Source of the DNA: Bacteroidales bacterium
Lineage (GTDB): Bacteria; Bacteroidota; Bacteroidia; Bacteroidales; JAOZQN01
Reading direction: 5' to 3'
DNA length: 35,471 nucleotides
Assembly (NCBI GenBank): GCA_029938985.1
Contig: JAOZTW010000001.1
Location: forward strand, 1-35,471
The notes under the pieces are model-generated. The model made no database searches. It had not been told where the DNA came from and saw only the letters and a program-made list of their open reading frames with translations. The position numbers and the translations under genes were made by a program. Positions within the stretch are counted from its first letter, which is position 1, and the number at the start of each line of letters is the position of its first letter. Positions 8,096 through 16,372 of this stretch are shown here, in pieces.

Positions 8096-10749
8096 TTTTC
8101 TTTTATCTCAAATCTTTTATTTATTTCGCAATTATTTGCATCTCTCACGGTTACAAAATACTCACCTTGTGATATGTTTTCCAAAGTAGCTGTTGTATTA
8201 CCATTTGTCCAACTAATTGCATAAGGTTTAGTTCCACCAGAAAGAGACAATTCAATTTTACCATCACTTTTGTTTTTCGAAGGTAAACTAAAATTTGCTA
8301 TTATTTCAAATTGTTCTGGTTTATTTATTACGGCTTCTTTTGTAATAGTACAATCATATTTATCGGTTATTTCAACAACATAAGTACCGCTATCTAAGTT
8401 CGTTAAAGATTGTACGTCTCCCCCACCCGACCAACTATATAAATATTCAGGAACTCCTCCTTGTGGTTTTACAAATATTGAACCATTATTTTTTTCAAAA
8501 CAAGTAACATTTTGTATTTCAAGTTCAGCTGTTAAAACATTTGTTGGTGTTTTAACATTTACAGTTTTATTTTCCTTACAACCATTAGTATCAATTATTT
8601 CTATTTTATAATCTCCAGCGGTTAATTGACTAATAATAGAATCTGTAACTCCATTTGACCACTTATATTTGTAAGGAGCTGTTCCGCCCGTTACAGATGC
8701 TAATACCTCACCATCATTTCCCTTAAAACAACTGACATTCTTGGGGTTAGCATTAATATAAATTCTTCGTGCAGGTTGATTTACATATATAATTCTTTCA
8801 TTTTTACAATTATTTTTATCAATAACAGTAATACTATAAGGTCCAGCTCTCAATTTATTTATCTTATCTTTTTCTTCCCTATTAGACCATTTATAGCTAT
8901 AATCTGGAGTTCCCCCAGTTACAAATAATTCAATTTTTCCATCTTCTCCTCCAAAACATTTTACATCAGTTGTGGTATAATCTATCTTAATTGTGTCTTC
9001 TGGTTGTGTAATTTCAATAGTATCATTAAATACGCAATTAAATTTATCAATTATTTGTAAATGATATTTTCCTGCCTCCAGTCCAGTCATTCGTTTATTT
9101 TCATAAGTATCTATCCATAAGTACTTATAACCTCCTCCACCACCTTCAGCATCTGCTTTTATTGTGGCATCGTTTCCTCCAAAACAATTTACATTTTTAA
9201 TATCATACCTTGCAGTTAATGGATAGTCTGGTTGTTGAATATTTACTCCTTGTTCATAAGTACAATCGTGAGAATCAGTTAATAATAAATTATATCTTCC
9301 AACTCCAAGATTACTTGCTTCTTCTGTAGTATCTCCTGTTGACCATTTATATCTATAAGGTGGAGTTCCGCCCGAAGCCGATGCTTTTGCAACTCCATCA
9401 AAACCATCTTTACAGGTTACTTTTGTTGTTTCAAACTTGAGTGCAAGCGGAAAATTTGGTGTAACAATTGTTACACTATCTGTTCTTACACAATTGTTAT
9501 CATCTTGAACTATAATTCCATATATTCCTTTTCTTAAATTATAAATAGAATCTTGTTTTTTTGCATTTGTTGACCACACGTAATAATAAGGTGGTACTCC
9601 ACCAGAAATATTTGCAATAAGTTTACCATCATTTTCTTTATAACAGGTAATTTGATGTATATCAACATTTAGCATTAAAGAATCTAAAGGTTCGGTTAAT
9701 GTAAAAGAAGTAGATGCTTTATTGTTCTTATTATCAATTACCTCAACTGAATATGTGCCAGCAAGCTCATTAATTAGGTTTTCGGTAGTGTCTCCATTAG
9801 ACCATTTATATTTGTAATCAGGTATTCCTCCACGCACAAGTAAGTCAACAATTCCATTATTTCCTCCTTTACAAAACGGATTTCTTACATAGCCATCAAG
9901 ACTCAACATTTCTTCAAACTTGAATGAAATTTGAGTTACATTATCATTCTCATCAAGAATTGCTTCTGCAACAGGTATTCCTTCATTTTTAGCATACCAA
10001 CGATATTGGGTATATTTAACACTTTTAGAATATTTTAAACATGGCTCCCAATATCCTGTATTTACTGGACCCAATGAATCTGATGTTATTTCTGTTGAAT
10101 TTTCTTTTCTTCTATTTGTTCTAATTCGCTTTTTGATAACTGTTTTTTCGCACAGTACATCAAAAGTGTTAATAGCAGTTCGCAGTTCGGCTTGTTCAAT
10201 AAATTCGGTATGTATTTCTAAATCAATAAAAGACATAATAGAATCTATTGAAACATCGTAATTGTCTTCAAAAGCAGATTTAAACACTATATCGTTTTTA
10301 CTTACAATAGAATCTCCTTCTGTTAGTGGGAAATTATACTGTAAAACAAAGTCTGGAAATTGAACAAAAGCGGGAGTTCCAATGTGTAAATAATCTCCAA
10401 TTACTCCTGCCTGCTGTAATCCGTTTTCCGACAAGTTCCAATAATTTGCTTTAGAAAACCTATATGTTTTTACAATATTTATTGAGTCAAAATACTTTCC
10501 ATAAGTAGTTTCACTCGGTTTTTGAAAACGTATAGTATCGTAACTATCTTTTTTTAAAAATGAAAAATCCCAAGTATTTCCTCGTTTAAAATTTTCTATT
10601 TTAACTTCTTCTTCGCTTTTAAAAGTAGAAATTGCCATTATAAAATTCTCTCCAGGTTTTGCAAAATCGTTGTAGTCAATTTCAATTTGTGCAAAAATTG
10701 ATAATGGAAATATCAGAGTTATTAAAATGATTGATAGAAAATTTTTCAT
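8092..10749 (-). CDS. Secreted SprB-repeat protein: signal peptide, a 270-aa domain of unknown function, then eight SprB repeats. No recognisable T9SS C-terminal domain.
   Basis: The signal peptide is 'MKNFLSIILITLIFPLSIFAQ'. Eight repeats with a period of about 76 aa fit 'C.GG.DG.I....GG.PPY.Y.WS.G'. The protein ends at a repeat boundary ('NCEINKRFEIKEK'). Confidence 0.85.
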   Translation of the reverse strand: MKNFLSIILITLIFPLSIFAQIEIDYNDFAKPGENFIMAISTFKSEEEVKIENFKRGNTWDFSFLKKDSYDTIRFQKPSETTYGKYFDSINIVKTYRFSKANYWNLSENGLQQAGVIGDYLHIGTPAFVQFPDFVLQYNFPLTEGDSIVSKNDIVFKSAFEDNYDVSIDSIMSFIDLEIHTEFIEQAELRTAINTFDVLCEKTVIKKRIRTNRRKENSTEITSDSLGPVNTGYWEPCLKYSKSVKYTQYRWYAKNEGIPVAEAILDENDNVTQISFKFEEMLSLDGYVRNPFCKGGNNGIVDLLVRGGIPDYKYKWSNGDTTENLINELAGTYSVEVIDNKNNKASTSFTLTEPLDSLMLNVDIHQITCYKENDGKLIANISGGVPPYYYVWSTNAKKQDSIYNLRKGIYGIIVQDDNNCVRTDSVTIVTPNFPLALKFETTKVTCKDGFDGVAKASASGGTPPYRYKWSTGDTTEEASNLGVGRYNLLLTDSHDCTYEQGVNIQQPDYPLTARYDIKNVNCFGGNDATIKADAEGGGGGYKYLWIDTYENKRMTGLEAGKYHLQIIDKFNCVFNDTIEITQPEDTIKIDYTTTDVKCFGGEDGKIELFVTGGTPDYSYKWSNREEKDKINKLRAGPYSITVIDKNNCKNERIIYVNQPARRIYINANPKNVSCFKGNDGEVLASVTGGTAPYKYKWSNGVTDSIISQLTAGDYKIEIIDTNGCKENKTVNVKTPTNVLTAELEIQNVTCFEKNNGSIFVKPQGGVPEYLYSWSGGGDVQSLTNLDSGTYVVEITDKYDCTITKEAVINKPEQFEIIANFSLPSKNKSDGKIELSLSGGTKPYAISWTNGNTTATLENISQGEYFVTVRDANNCEINKRFEIKEK
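8095..9873 (-). repeat. Eight tandem coding repeats of about 228 bp (SprB repeat units)
   Basis: The repeat-initial Cys residues at aa 293 and 369 show the period, which continues to the C-terminus. Confidence 0.8.
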
Positions 10750-10777
10750 TCTAAAGATTTATAAATTGTTTTTATTG

Positions 10778-10785
10778 CAAAATTA
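10778..10785 (-). promoter_or_regulatory. Bacteroidota-type -7 box (TAnnTTTG) candidate for the SprB-repeat operon
   Basis: The minus strand reads 'TAATTTTG', 29-36 nt upstream of the ATG at 10749. Confidence 0.3.
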
Positions 10786-10871
10786 ATAAAAAAGCAAATA
10801 AATATCTATTTTATTACCTTTTTTTATTAAAAAAATATTATTTTTCATATTTAATTTAAAATAAATAACTT

Positions 10872-11507
10872 ATGGAAAGTTACAATTTTTCTCAAATTAC
10901 GTTTCAAATTTTACGTAAAATAACAAATATAGAATTAGGAGAAGAAGAAAATAAATTTGATGAATGGTTTGGTTATAACTACAAACTAAACAATGAAGAA
11001 GAAAACTTTTTGCAAAATATTATTAAAAAAGAAAAAATATATTTGCATTTATACAACGAAGAGCTTTTAAAAGCAAGGTTTTTACACCCTTTGTTAAATA
11101 TGGTAGATTTTAGAACCAAAAATTTTAGAGACTGGTATGCCTATCCAATATCGGCAGTTGTAAATGGCTACAAATTATCGGGACTACCAGATTTTATGGT
11201 TGCCACAGGATTAGAATTTCCAGAAAAACCATATTTCTTTATTCAAGAGTTTAAAAAACAACTTACTAACTCCGACCCATTAAGACAATTACTCTCAGAA
11301 ATGGCTGTTGCAATATCGTACAATAAAGTAAAAGAAACACAAGGAGCTTATAATATTGGTCAATTTTGGAAATTTGTTATTCTCACAAAATTGGACGAAA
11401 GCAAATATCAATATTATGAGTCGCAAAGTCTTGATTGTCTTAAAATTAATGATTTAAAACAAATTTACCAAAATTTACAAGCTGTTAAACATAAATATTG
11501 TAAGTAA
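10872..11507 (+). CDS. Hypothetical protein with a PD-(D/E)xK nuclease-like signature (HsdR-N-like)
   Basis: 'GLPDFMVATG...PYFFIQEFKK' fits the D...(D/E)xK spacing of restriction-endonuclease-fold proteins. No neighbouring gene is an obvious partner. Confidence 0.4.
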   Translation: MESYNFSQITFQILRKITNIELGEEENKFDEWFGYNYKLNNEEENFLQNIIKKEKIYLHLYNEELLKARFLHPLLNMVDFRTKNFRDWYAYPISAVVNGYKLSGLPDFMVATGLEFPEKPYFFIQEFKKQLTNSDPLRQLLSEMAVAISYNKVKETQGAYNIGQFWKFVILTKLDESKYQYYESQSLDCLKINDLKQIYQNLQAVKHKYCK

Positions 11508-11562
11508 AATTTTAAGTGAAAAACTATTCACGCTAATTTTAGGCATATTAAAACAAATAACT

Positions 11563-11757
11563 GGCTACTATATTAAGACTTAAATACAAAAAATTATGAT
11601 TTATGTGAAATATTTTGGCATTTTTTTGTTGTAAAAATATTAAAATATGCTACCTATATAAAATATAATTTAAGTATTTGTCATAATATTCAGACGTTTC
11701 CAAGTCCTCCTATTTTTTGCCTTGTGGCAAAAAATAGGGGACGTTGGAAAGTCTTTT
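11563..11757 (-). repeat. Dispersed repeat family R1, copy a (inverted relative to copy b), containing a long imperfect palindrome
   Basis: The reverse complement aligns with 33236..33402: 'aaaaagactttccaacgtccc.tattttttgcca.aaggcaaaaaata..ggacttggaaacgtctgaata..atgaca...' and ends in 'ttaagtcttaata..tag'. The palindrome core is about 11690..11756. Confidence 0.8.
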
Positions 11758-11882
11758 TCATAAAATAATACTTTAGAAAATTAAATAGTTTCAAATAATT
11801 CATCATTAGTAATTTGTCTTAAATCAAAGAAATAGCAAACTAATTTAGTTATTTGCAAACTTATTATTTTCCAATTCCAAAA

Positions 11883-12665
11883 CTAACTAACAGCAAATTC
11901 TGAAAGTTTTTTCAAGAAATTTTTCTTTTTCCCTTCCGAAACATCTACCTGTTTGTCGGTAGTTAGAATAACATATCCACCACGTCCTTTAACATATTTT
12001 TTAATATATTTTAAATTCACAAGATGTTTATTATGGATTCTACAAAAATTTGAATTGCTCAACATTCGTTCGTATATTTGAATTGATTTAGAAACTACAA
12101 TTTTTTTCTTAGTTGTTAAATAAAAAGTAGTATAATTATTGCTCGATTCACAACGCAGAATATCATCTAATTGAATAATATTTAAACCTGAAGAAGTAGG
12201 TAAAATAAGTCGGTCTAAATTTTTGTTAATATTGCTATTAAGTACTTTTATCTTTTCTTTTAAGTCTTCGTTTTTTGCATCATCAAATCTACCAACCGCT
12301 TCTTTTAATTGCATACCAGTAACAGGTTTCACAAGATAATGTAAAGCTGAGAACTCAAAGGCTTTAAGGGCGTAGTGATTATAGGCAGTTATAAAAACAA
12401 CTTCAAGAGAAGTGTCATTAATTTTTTCTAAAACCTCAAAACCCTCACCATCAGGCATACTGATGTCTAAAAATACAAGTTCTGGTTTGTTTTTATTAAT
12501 AACCTTAATCCCCTCTGCCACAGATTGTGCCACTGCAACTACCTCAACTTGTGGACAATTTTTTTCAAGAAGTTTTGATAAAATTATCAAACTATTTTTT
12601 TCGTCATCAATAAGTACAGTTTTAATTTTTTTTTCATTCATAATATTATATTTTAGTTGTTTCAA
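11883..12665 (-). CDS. LytTR-family response regulator
   Basis: The receiver domain shows 'KTVLIDDE...ELVFLDISMPDGEGFEVL'. The C-terminal LytTR region shows 'ILRCESSNNYTTFYL...FCRIHNKHLVNLKYI'. The alternative start at 12641 (MNEKKIK...) may be the true one. Confidence 0.9.
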   Translation of the reverse strand: MKQLKYNIMNEKKIKTVLIDDEKNSLIILSKLLEKNCPQVEVVAVAQSVAEGIKVINKNKPELVFLDISMPDGEGFEVLEKINDTSLEVVFITAYNHYALKAFEFSALHYLVKPVTGMQLKEAVGRFDDAKNEDLKEKIKVLNSNINKNLDRLILPTSSGLNIIQLDDILRCESSNNYTTFYLTTKKKIVVSKSIQIYERMLSNSNFCRIHNKHLVNLKYIKKYVKGRGGYVILTTDKQVDVSEGKKKNFLKKLSEFAVS

Positions 12666-12684
12666 ATGTTTTTTTCAATATGCC

Positions 12685-15615
12685 TTATTCAAAAGATTTG
12701 TAAGGAAAAGTTAATACAGCTTTTGTACCTGTAGAATTATTGTTATCATCGTATAAATCAATTATTTCAACAGAGGTAACAGAGTTAGATAGTACATTTA
12801 TTAAATTTATTCTCTCTTCTATATTTCTTAGTCCAGTAGAAACATGGTTTTTTCTTCGTTTAGATATTTCGGCCGATTTTTCTCTACCAATTCCATTATC
12901 TATTATAATACAAATAAGTTCGTTAGCTGGTGTAACTGATATATCAAGAGTTAATATTCCTTCTTTGGCTTTTGGTGCCAAACCATGCCAAATTGCATTT
13001 TCTAAATAAGGTTGTAAAAGCATTGGAGGAATTTTTATATTTGAAATATTTACATTATCTTCATAATTTATTCTAAATATAAAACTTTCGTCAAATCTCA
13101 TTTTTTCAAGTTCCAAATAAAGTCTTAATGTTTCTAATTCTGTTTCTAATAATATAAAATTCTTTTTTGAATTTTCAAGCACCATTCTCATTAAACTTGC
13201 AAAACTTGTAAGGTAAGTATCAGCCGTATCTGGGTCATTTTCTAATATATATCGTCTAATTGAGTTTAAAGCATTAAAAATAAAATGAGGATTCATTTGA
13301 GCTCGTAAAGCTTTTTGTTCTGCAAACATCAATTTATGTTTATTATGCAATTCCTTCTCCATACTTCTATAAATAATAAAGAAGACAAAAAAAGTTATTA
13401 TTATTATCAATAAAATTACAATTATCTGAAATAAAATTGTTTGTGTAAATCTTTTTGCAATTTTAAATTCTAATTCATACGAATTTTCGTTCCAATATCC
13501 ATCTTCGGCAGAGGCGGTTACATAAAATTTGTACTTACCATAAGGCAGGTTTGGAAAACGAACAAAATTATTAACTGTTTCAACCCAAGTATCATCAAAA
13601 CCCTCCAAGCGATACCTATATTTTACCTTATTACTTGCCTTAAAACTAATTGCTTTAAAATATACGGTTATATTATTTTCTTTATTATGTAAATTGTAAC
13701 TATTTTTCAATTCCAACGATTTATTGTTAACCATAAAACTATCTAAAATAATTTTTGGAGGAACAAAATTTTTCTTTAAATTATCAGGAAAAAAAGACAC
13801 TAATCCTTTGCTTGTTCCAAGATATATACAGTTTTCAACCATTGCTATATCTTTAATTTCTTCGGAATAAAGTCCCTCCGATTTTGTGTATTTTTCATGA
13901 TTAAAAGCAATGCTGTCGTTTAATGAAATTGTTAATTTGCACAAGCCCTTATTTGTTCCTAACCACAGAGTGTTAGTATTTTGTATAAAAATAGTATTAA
14001 TAAAATTTGAATTTAATCCTTGAGCTACTGTCAAGTTTTTTACATCTTTAGTAATTGGATTGTAAACAATTAAACCTTCACCACCTGTTGCAAACAACAA
14101 ATATTTGTCAATTTGTTTTATATCATTAATTCTTGATTTGAACAACAAATTATAAAAACCATAAAACTCTAAAGTAGTATTGTAACAATACAAACCATTT
14201 ATTGAACCTATCCAAACAACTCCTTCGGAATCTTCAAAAATTGAATTTGAAATAGGAATATGATTTTGAGTATAAGTAAAATGTATGCTATCGCCCAAGT
14301 ATTTTTGAAAACCATTATGCAGGGTTGAAATAATAGAAGAATCACCAGATTCACAAAGATTGTAACCTCTACTCAAAGTATCAATAATCTTTGTTTCTCC
14401 GTTATACATTTTAAATAACTCTTTTCCTAAAAACCAAATTGAATTATCCGATTTCTTAAAAATATCTAAAATAGGATAATCTCGTTCTCGTTTCAGTGCT
14501 ATATTTTGAATAGAAAGAATTTTTTCTTTATTCAATTTACATTTAAAAACCTGTTTGTTATAAGTTGAAAAATACAAATAATCTTCGGCAATTTCCATAG
14601 ATAAAATATTAAAATCACTGAAACCATATTGTTTATAAGAATTAAATTGAAACGACGAAACAAAATATACTCCATCTTCAGTCGTAGAGAACCAGTAATT
14701 TCCTTCTCTATCTTGATATGCAGAAATAGGAGATTTCCCTCTCAAATAAATTGTAACTTTGGAATCTAAATCTTTTTCTGGATAAAAATAAACTCCCTCA
14801 TACATTACGCTAACCCAAAAATTACCTTTATTGTCTGACATTAAACCCGAAATTTCATTTTTGTAAGTTCTACTTTTAACTATTACTTTATCTTTTACAT
14901 AAAATAACATATTTCCTTTTGAGAACAAATATTCATTATAACCAACTTTTGCAAAATATCTTCTTAAACCTATTGTTTTTTTGGTTTTAAAATAATAAAC
15001 ATCATTTTTCACTTTCAACATTAAAGTATCTATTGAGTAATTATTATGTAAATCGCACCAGATATAGCCTTTAGGCATCTCCTTGAAAAAAAATGTACTA
15101 CTATCAGAATAATTAGATAATTCATCTGTTATTGCTCCATTTTCTGTTATTTTATACAAGCCACCAATACTTGGCATTAACCACAAACTGTTCTGTGCGT
15201 CGATATAAATATTATCTATAAAATAATTTTTTGACAATATTTTTATTGTATCATTATATTGGAATTGAACAATTTCTCCATTTTCAATATAACTCAAATC
15301 ACCATCATAGGCTGATAACCAAATCCTGTTTTTGTAGTCCTCAAATATTTTTATCACAGAGTTTGAGGACAAACCATCTCTAACTGTGTAGTTAACAAAT
15401 TCATGCCCATCAAACCTACTAATTCCTTTGCTTGTAGCAAACCACATATATCCATCTTTGTCTTGCAGTTGTGAATACACTTCAGAACTTGGTAATCCTT
15501 GTTCAACGCTATAATGCTCAAATGCAGAGTTTTGAGCTTTCAATATCATTGAAAAAAGAACGATAAAAATGGTTAGTAATATTCTCGTATTTAATGGTTT
15601 TAACATTATAGTCAT
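12685..15615 (-). CDS. Sensor histidine kinase: periplasmic beta-propeller repeats, a Y_Y_Y domain, one TM segment, then LytS-type His_kinase and HATPase domains
   Basis: Repeated 'G.W.GT..GL' propeller motifs precede 'YRYRLEGFDDTWV' (Y_Y_Y). TM segment is 'ILFQIIVILLIIIITFFVFFIIY'. 'NPHFIFNALNSI' is the LytS-type H-box and 'DNGIG' marks the ATPase. Confidence 0.9.
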   Translation of the reverse strand: MTIMLKPLNTRILLTIFIVLFSMILKAQNSAFEHYSVEQGLPSSEVYSQLQDKDGYMWFATSKGISRFDGHEFVNYTVRDGLSSNSVIKIFEDYKNRIWLSAYDGDLSYIENGEIVQFQYNDTIKILSKNYFIDNIYIDAQNSLWLMPSIGGLYKITENGAITDELSNYSDSSTFFFKEMPKGYIWCDLHNNYSIDTLMLKVKNDVYYFKTKKTIGLRRYFAKVGYNEYLFSKGNMLFYVKDKVIVKSRTYKNEISGLMSDNKGNFWVSVMYEGVYFYPEKDLDSKVTIYLRGKSPISAYQDREGNYWFSTTEDGVYFVSSFQFNSYKQYGFSDFNILSMEIAEDYLYFSTYNKQVFKCKLNKEKILSIQNIALKRERDYPILDIFKKSDNSIWFLGKELFKMYNGETKIIDTLSRGYNLCESGDSSIISTLHNGFQKYLGDSIHFTYTQNHIPISNSIFEDSEGVVWIGSINGLYCYNTTLEFYGFYNLLFKSRINDIKQIDKYLLFATGGEGLIVYNPITKDVKNLTVAQGLNSNFINTIFIQNTNTLWLGTNKGLCKLTISLNDSIAFNHEKYTKSEGLYSEEIKDIAMVENCIYLGTSKGLVSFFPDNLKKNFVPPKIILDSFMVNNKSLELKNSYNLHNKENNITVYFKAISFKASNKVKYRYRLEGFDDTWVETVNNFVRFPNLPYGKYKFYVTASAEDGYWNENSYELEFKIAKRFTQTILFQIIVILLIIIITFFVFFIIYRSMEKELHNKHKLMFAEQKALRAQMNPHFIFNALNSIRRYILENDPDTADTYLTSFASLMRMVLENSKKNFILLETELETLRLYLELEKMRFDESFIFRINYEDNVNISNIKIPPMLLQPYLENAIWHGLAPKAKEGILTLDISVTPANELICIIIDNGIGREKSAEISKRRKNHVSTGLRNIEERINLINVLSNSVTSVEIIDLYDDNNNSTGTKAVLTFPYKSFE

Positions 15616-16223
15616 TAGTCTTCAAATTTATAACTCAATTGTTTGTTTATAATAGAACTTTTAAATGTTTTTCTATGAAATTCTGACAAACCGTTTTCTT
15701 TAATAGCCAATTTATGTTGTTTTGTTGGATATCCTTTATTTTTATTCCAGTGATATACAGGATACTTCTTGCCTATTTTTTGCATATATTCATCTCTGTA
15801 TGTTTTAGCAAGTACAGATGCTGCTGCAATAGAAAAAAACTTTGCATCTCCTTTTATAATCCATTCATGATTAATTTTTTTATATTTTTTAAATCTATTT
15901 CCATCAACAATAATAAATTTTGGAGTGATAGTTAAATTATTTAACGCTCTGTGCATAGCAAGAATAGAAGCATTTAAAATATTTATTTCATCAATTTTGT
16001 TATTATCAACAATTCCAATTGCATAAGCAAGAGCTTCTTTTTCTATTTCAATTCTCAAAGATAATCTTTTTTTTTCAGATAATTTCTTAGAATCGGTTAA
16101 AAATTTATGAGAATAATTTTTTGGCAATATAACAGCAGCAGCAAACACAGGTCCTGCCAAACATCCTCTACCCGCCTCATCACAGCCAGCCTCCATCAAA
16201 CTTTTAGTATAACTACTTTTCAT
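15615..16223 (-). CDS. rnhB: Ribonuclease HII
   Basis: 'GCDEAGRGCLAGPVFAAAVIL', 'DSKKLS', 'NILNASILAM' and 'ASVLAK' are characteristic of RNase HII. Confidence 0.93.
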   Translation of the reverse strand: MKSSYTKSLMEAGCDEAGRGCLAGPVFAAAVILPKNYSHKFLTDSKKLSEKKRLSLRIEIEKEALAYAIGIVDNNKIDEINILNASILAMHRALNNLTITPKFIIVDGNRFKKYKKINHEWIIKGDAKFFSIAAASVLAKTYRDEYMQKIGKKYPVYHWNKNKGYPTKQHKLAIKENGLSEFHRKTFKSSIINKQLSYKFED

Positions 16224-16228
16224 ATTTT

Positions 16229-16372
16229 TTATTTTGAAATGAAATTCAGTTGAAATTCAATTATAAATCTTTTATATTCATATTTTTTACCACATTTTTT
16301 TGTTTTCAACTGAATTTCCATTGAACTTCAACCGTTTTTCAACTGAATTTCCATTGAATTTCATTTCAAATT
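16229..16372. repeat. Intergenic array of GAAATTCA words at roughly 11-bp phase in two opposed blocks, forming a 16-bp long-range inverted repeat
   Basis: The plus strand reads 'tttgaaat gaaattcagtt gaaattcaatt' at 16233-16262. The minus strand reads 'tttgaaat gaaattcaatg gaaattcagtt gaaaaacggtt gaagttcaatg gaaattcagtt' across 16303-16370. A related array lies at 22493..22547. Confidence 0.75.

Noticed and set aside
11690-11756. R1 palindrome interpreted purely as a bidirectional terminator
   Set aside because: This is plausible for copy a, which has a T5 tail and sits between convergent genes. However, the homologous copy at 33241..33300 has the opposite orientation relative to its co-directional neighbours, and the similarity extends about 100 bp beyond the hairpin. 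It is therefore reported as a repeat family.
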